In this document: positions 61,215 through 64,000 of the stretch, in pieces
Numbering within the stretch: the stretch's first letter is position 1
Layout of the letters: each line of letters starts with the position of its first letter
Origin: Squalus acanthias
Taxonomy: Eukaryota
Length of the DNA: 64,000 nt
NCBI GenBank assembly: GCA_030390025.1
Contig: CM059431.1
Coordinates: 141,486,001 to 141,550,000, forward strand
Reading direction: 5' to 3'
The notes under the pieces: generated by a model
Databases searched by the model: none
What the model was told of the DNA's origin: nothing
What the model saw: only the letters and a program-made list of their open reading frames with translations
Program-made: the position numbers and the translations under genes

Positions 61215-63730
61215 AGGCACAGCCTTGATTCCCCTCGAGTCCAAAAATCTATCTATCTCAGCCTTCAATATACTCAAAGATTCAGCATTTATAGCCCTCT
61301 GGGAGAGAGAATACCAGAGATTCACAACCCTCTGAGTGAAGAAATTCCTCCTCATCTCACTCTTAAATGGCATACTCCTTATCCTGAGACTCTGCCCCCT
61401 AGTTCTAGACACTCCAGCCGGGGGAAACAACCTCTCAGCATCGAACCTGTCAATCCCCTTCAGAATCTTATATATTTCAATGAGATCACCTCTCATTCTA
61501 CTAAACTCCAGAAAGTATAGGCCCATTCTACAAAATCTCTCATCCCAGGAATCAATCTCGTGAAACTTTGTTGCACCGTCTCCAAGGCAAGTATATCCTT
61601 CCTTAGCTATGGAGACCAAAACTGTGCACAATACTCCAGGTTTGGGCTCATCAAGGCCCTGTACAATTATTGCAAGACGTCCTTACTCATATACTCCAAC
61701 CCCCTTGCAATAAAGGCCAACATGCCATTGCCTTCCTTATTGCTTGCTGTACCTGCATGCTAGCTTTCTGTGTTTCTTGCACAAGGACACCCAAATCTCT
61801 CTGAACACCAACATTTGAAAGTTTCTCACCATTTAAAACATATTCTATTTTTCTATTCTTCCTACCGAAGTGAATAAACTCACATTTCCCTACATTATAC
61901 TCCATCTGCCACATTTGCCCACTCACTTAATCTATCTATACCCCTTAGCAGACTCGTTGTGTTCTCCTCACAGCTTACTTTCCCACCTAGTTTTGTAACA
62001 TCAGCAAACTTGAATATTTTACACTCGGCCCCTTCATCTAGGTCATTAATATAGATTATAAATAACTGAGGCCCCAACACTGATCCTTGCGGCACCCCAC
62101 TAGTTACAGACTGACAACTCTCTGTTTTCTGTCCGCTAACAAATCTGCTATCCATGCCATTATATTATTCCCAACGCCGTGAGCCCAAATCTTGTTTAAT
62201 AACCTTTTATGTGGCACCTTATCGATTGCCTTTTGGAAATCCAAATATACTGCATCCACTGGTTCCCCTTTATCTACCCTGCTAGTTACATCCTTAAAAG
62301 TCTCTAATAAATTTGTCAAACACGATTTCACTTTCATAAAACCATGTTGACTCTGCTTAATCATGTTATGATTTTTCTAAGTGACTTGATACCACTTCCT
62401 TAACAATGGATTCCAGCATTTTCAATACGAACGATGTCAGGCTAACTGGCCTGTAGTTCCCTGTATTTTCTCTCCATCCTTTCTTGAATAGCGGTGTTAC
62501 ATTTGCGACCTTCTAATCCCCTGGGGCCATTCTAGAATCTATTTAATTTTGGAACATCTAAACCAATGCATCCACTATCTCTTCAGTCACCTCTTTTAGA
62601 ACCCTAAGAGGTAGGCCATCAGTTCCAGGGGATTTGTCGGCTTTTAATTTCTCTTGTTCTTTTTCGCTACTTATATTAATTACGTTAAGTTCCTCACCCT
62701 CATTAGACCCTTGGTTCCCCACCATTTTTGGTATGCTTTTCGTGTCTTCTACTGTGAAGACAGATACAAAATATTTGGTATACATTTCTGCCATTTACTT
62801 ATTCCCCATAATAATTGCTCCTGTCTCAGCCTCTAAGCGACCAAAGTTTACTTTTGCTACTGTCTTCCTTTTTACATACTTGTAGACGCTCTTACAATCT
62901 GATTTGATATTTCCTAATAGTTTTCTCTTATATTATATTTTTATGATGCGGAGATGCCCGTGTTGGACTGGGGTGGACAAAAGTGAGAAGTCGTACAACA
63001 CCAGGTTATAGTCCAACAGTTTTATTTGAAATCACGAGCTTTCGCAGCGACGGTGGTGTCGAAGGAGCAGCCGCTCCGAAAGCTTGTGATTTCAAATAAA
63101 ACTGTTGGACTATAACCTGGTGTCGTGCGACTTCTCAATTATATTTTTACCCTTTCTATCAAATTTTTGGTCAACCTTTGCTGGTTTCTGAAACTTTCCC
63201 AATCCTCAGGCTTACTATTATTCTTTGAAACTTTATAAGCTTTTTCTTTCCAACTAATGCTATCCTTAACTTCTTTAGTTAGTCACGGTTGGATCACTTT
63301 CCCGTGGAATTTTTGTTTCTCAATTAAATGTATTTTGGTTGAGAATTATGAAATATTGCTTTAAATGCTAGACACTGCTTATCTACCGCCATGCCTTTTA
63401 ATCTATTTTTTCCAATCTACCTTATCCAACTCGCCCCTCATACCTATGTAATTGGCTTTATTTAAGTTTAAGACTCTAGTTTCGGACTCAGGCAAGTCAC
63501 TCTCAAAATTAACGTGAAATTATATCATATTATGACCCAGATTACCCTTTACTATGAGATTGCTAATTAACCCTGTCTCATTACACAGTACAAGATCTAA
63601 AATAGCCTGCGCCCTGGTTGGTTCCGTGATATATTGTTCCAGGAAACTGTCCCGAATACATACCATAAACTCGTCCTTCAGATTACCTTTGCCAATTTGA
63701 TTTGTCCAGTCTATATGAAGATTAATGTCT
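61215..63730 (-). mobile_element. Decayed CR1 ORF2
   Basis: SQHGFMK.KSCLTNL, GVPQGSVLGP, KFADVTKLGG, RRNFFTQRVVNLW. Confidence 0.9.
62944..63137 (-). mobile_element. Fold-back hammerhead retroposon, copy 3 (CTGA of the cores lost), inserted in CR1
   Basis: Same arms and tail; 12-bp TSD attatattttta. Confidence 0.9.
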
Positions 63731-64000
63731 TAAATAAACCCTGTTTGAAAAAAAATCTCTTTATTCCTCCTCTAGTGCTTTTGCCAATTACATTCAATCT
63801 ATAACATCTGGTTGCCAACCAACTTACTAGAGGAAAGTTTATCCCTATTTCTTCTCTCATATCCCCTTATTTTTTTGATTACGTCTATAAGCTCTCCCCT
63901 AAATCTTCTCAGATCTAATGGGAACAATTCCAGATTCTCCAAGTCTGCAGTTGACTGAATTCCCTCATCCCGGATATCATCCTGATAAATCGTGTCTGTA

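Overview
Eukaryotic, retrotransposon-saturated genomic DNA, most consistent with a cartilaginous fish (inferred from the repeat repertoire and the exon sequence; not verified). Mobile DNA: many CR1 LINEs, L2 and RTE fragments, another CR1/L2-group LINE, a 3'-truncated Tx1 element, Penelope-like elements (PLEs) with minimal hammerhead ribozymes, and a probable Harbinger-type MITE. Tandem arrays have units of about 51, 29, 61, 40 and 33 bp. The only host coding sequence I can support is two in-phase minus-strand exons (20356-20125 and 13332-13166). They encode an MGxxxSK N-terminus joined to a CARD/death-fold-like segment resembling shark NLR (NACHT-LRR) proteins; the rest of the gene appears to lie left of the window. 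Upstream, a cassette of promoter-like DNA, a non-coding exon and a 61-bp VNTR is tandemly repeated (about 23.6-41.6 kb), with an inverted paralog at about 49-59 kb. Highlights: (i) short fold-back retroposons with target-site duplications and hammerhead cores, including a filled/empty-site pair; (ii) a Tx1 element whose 5' end abuts one arm of that fold-back family; (iii) the multiplied promoter/5'-exon array upstream of a putatively myristoylated NLR. Boundaries of decayed repeats are approximate, and no database searches were run.
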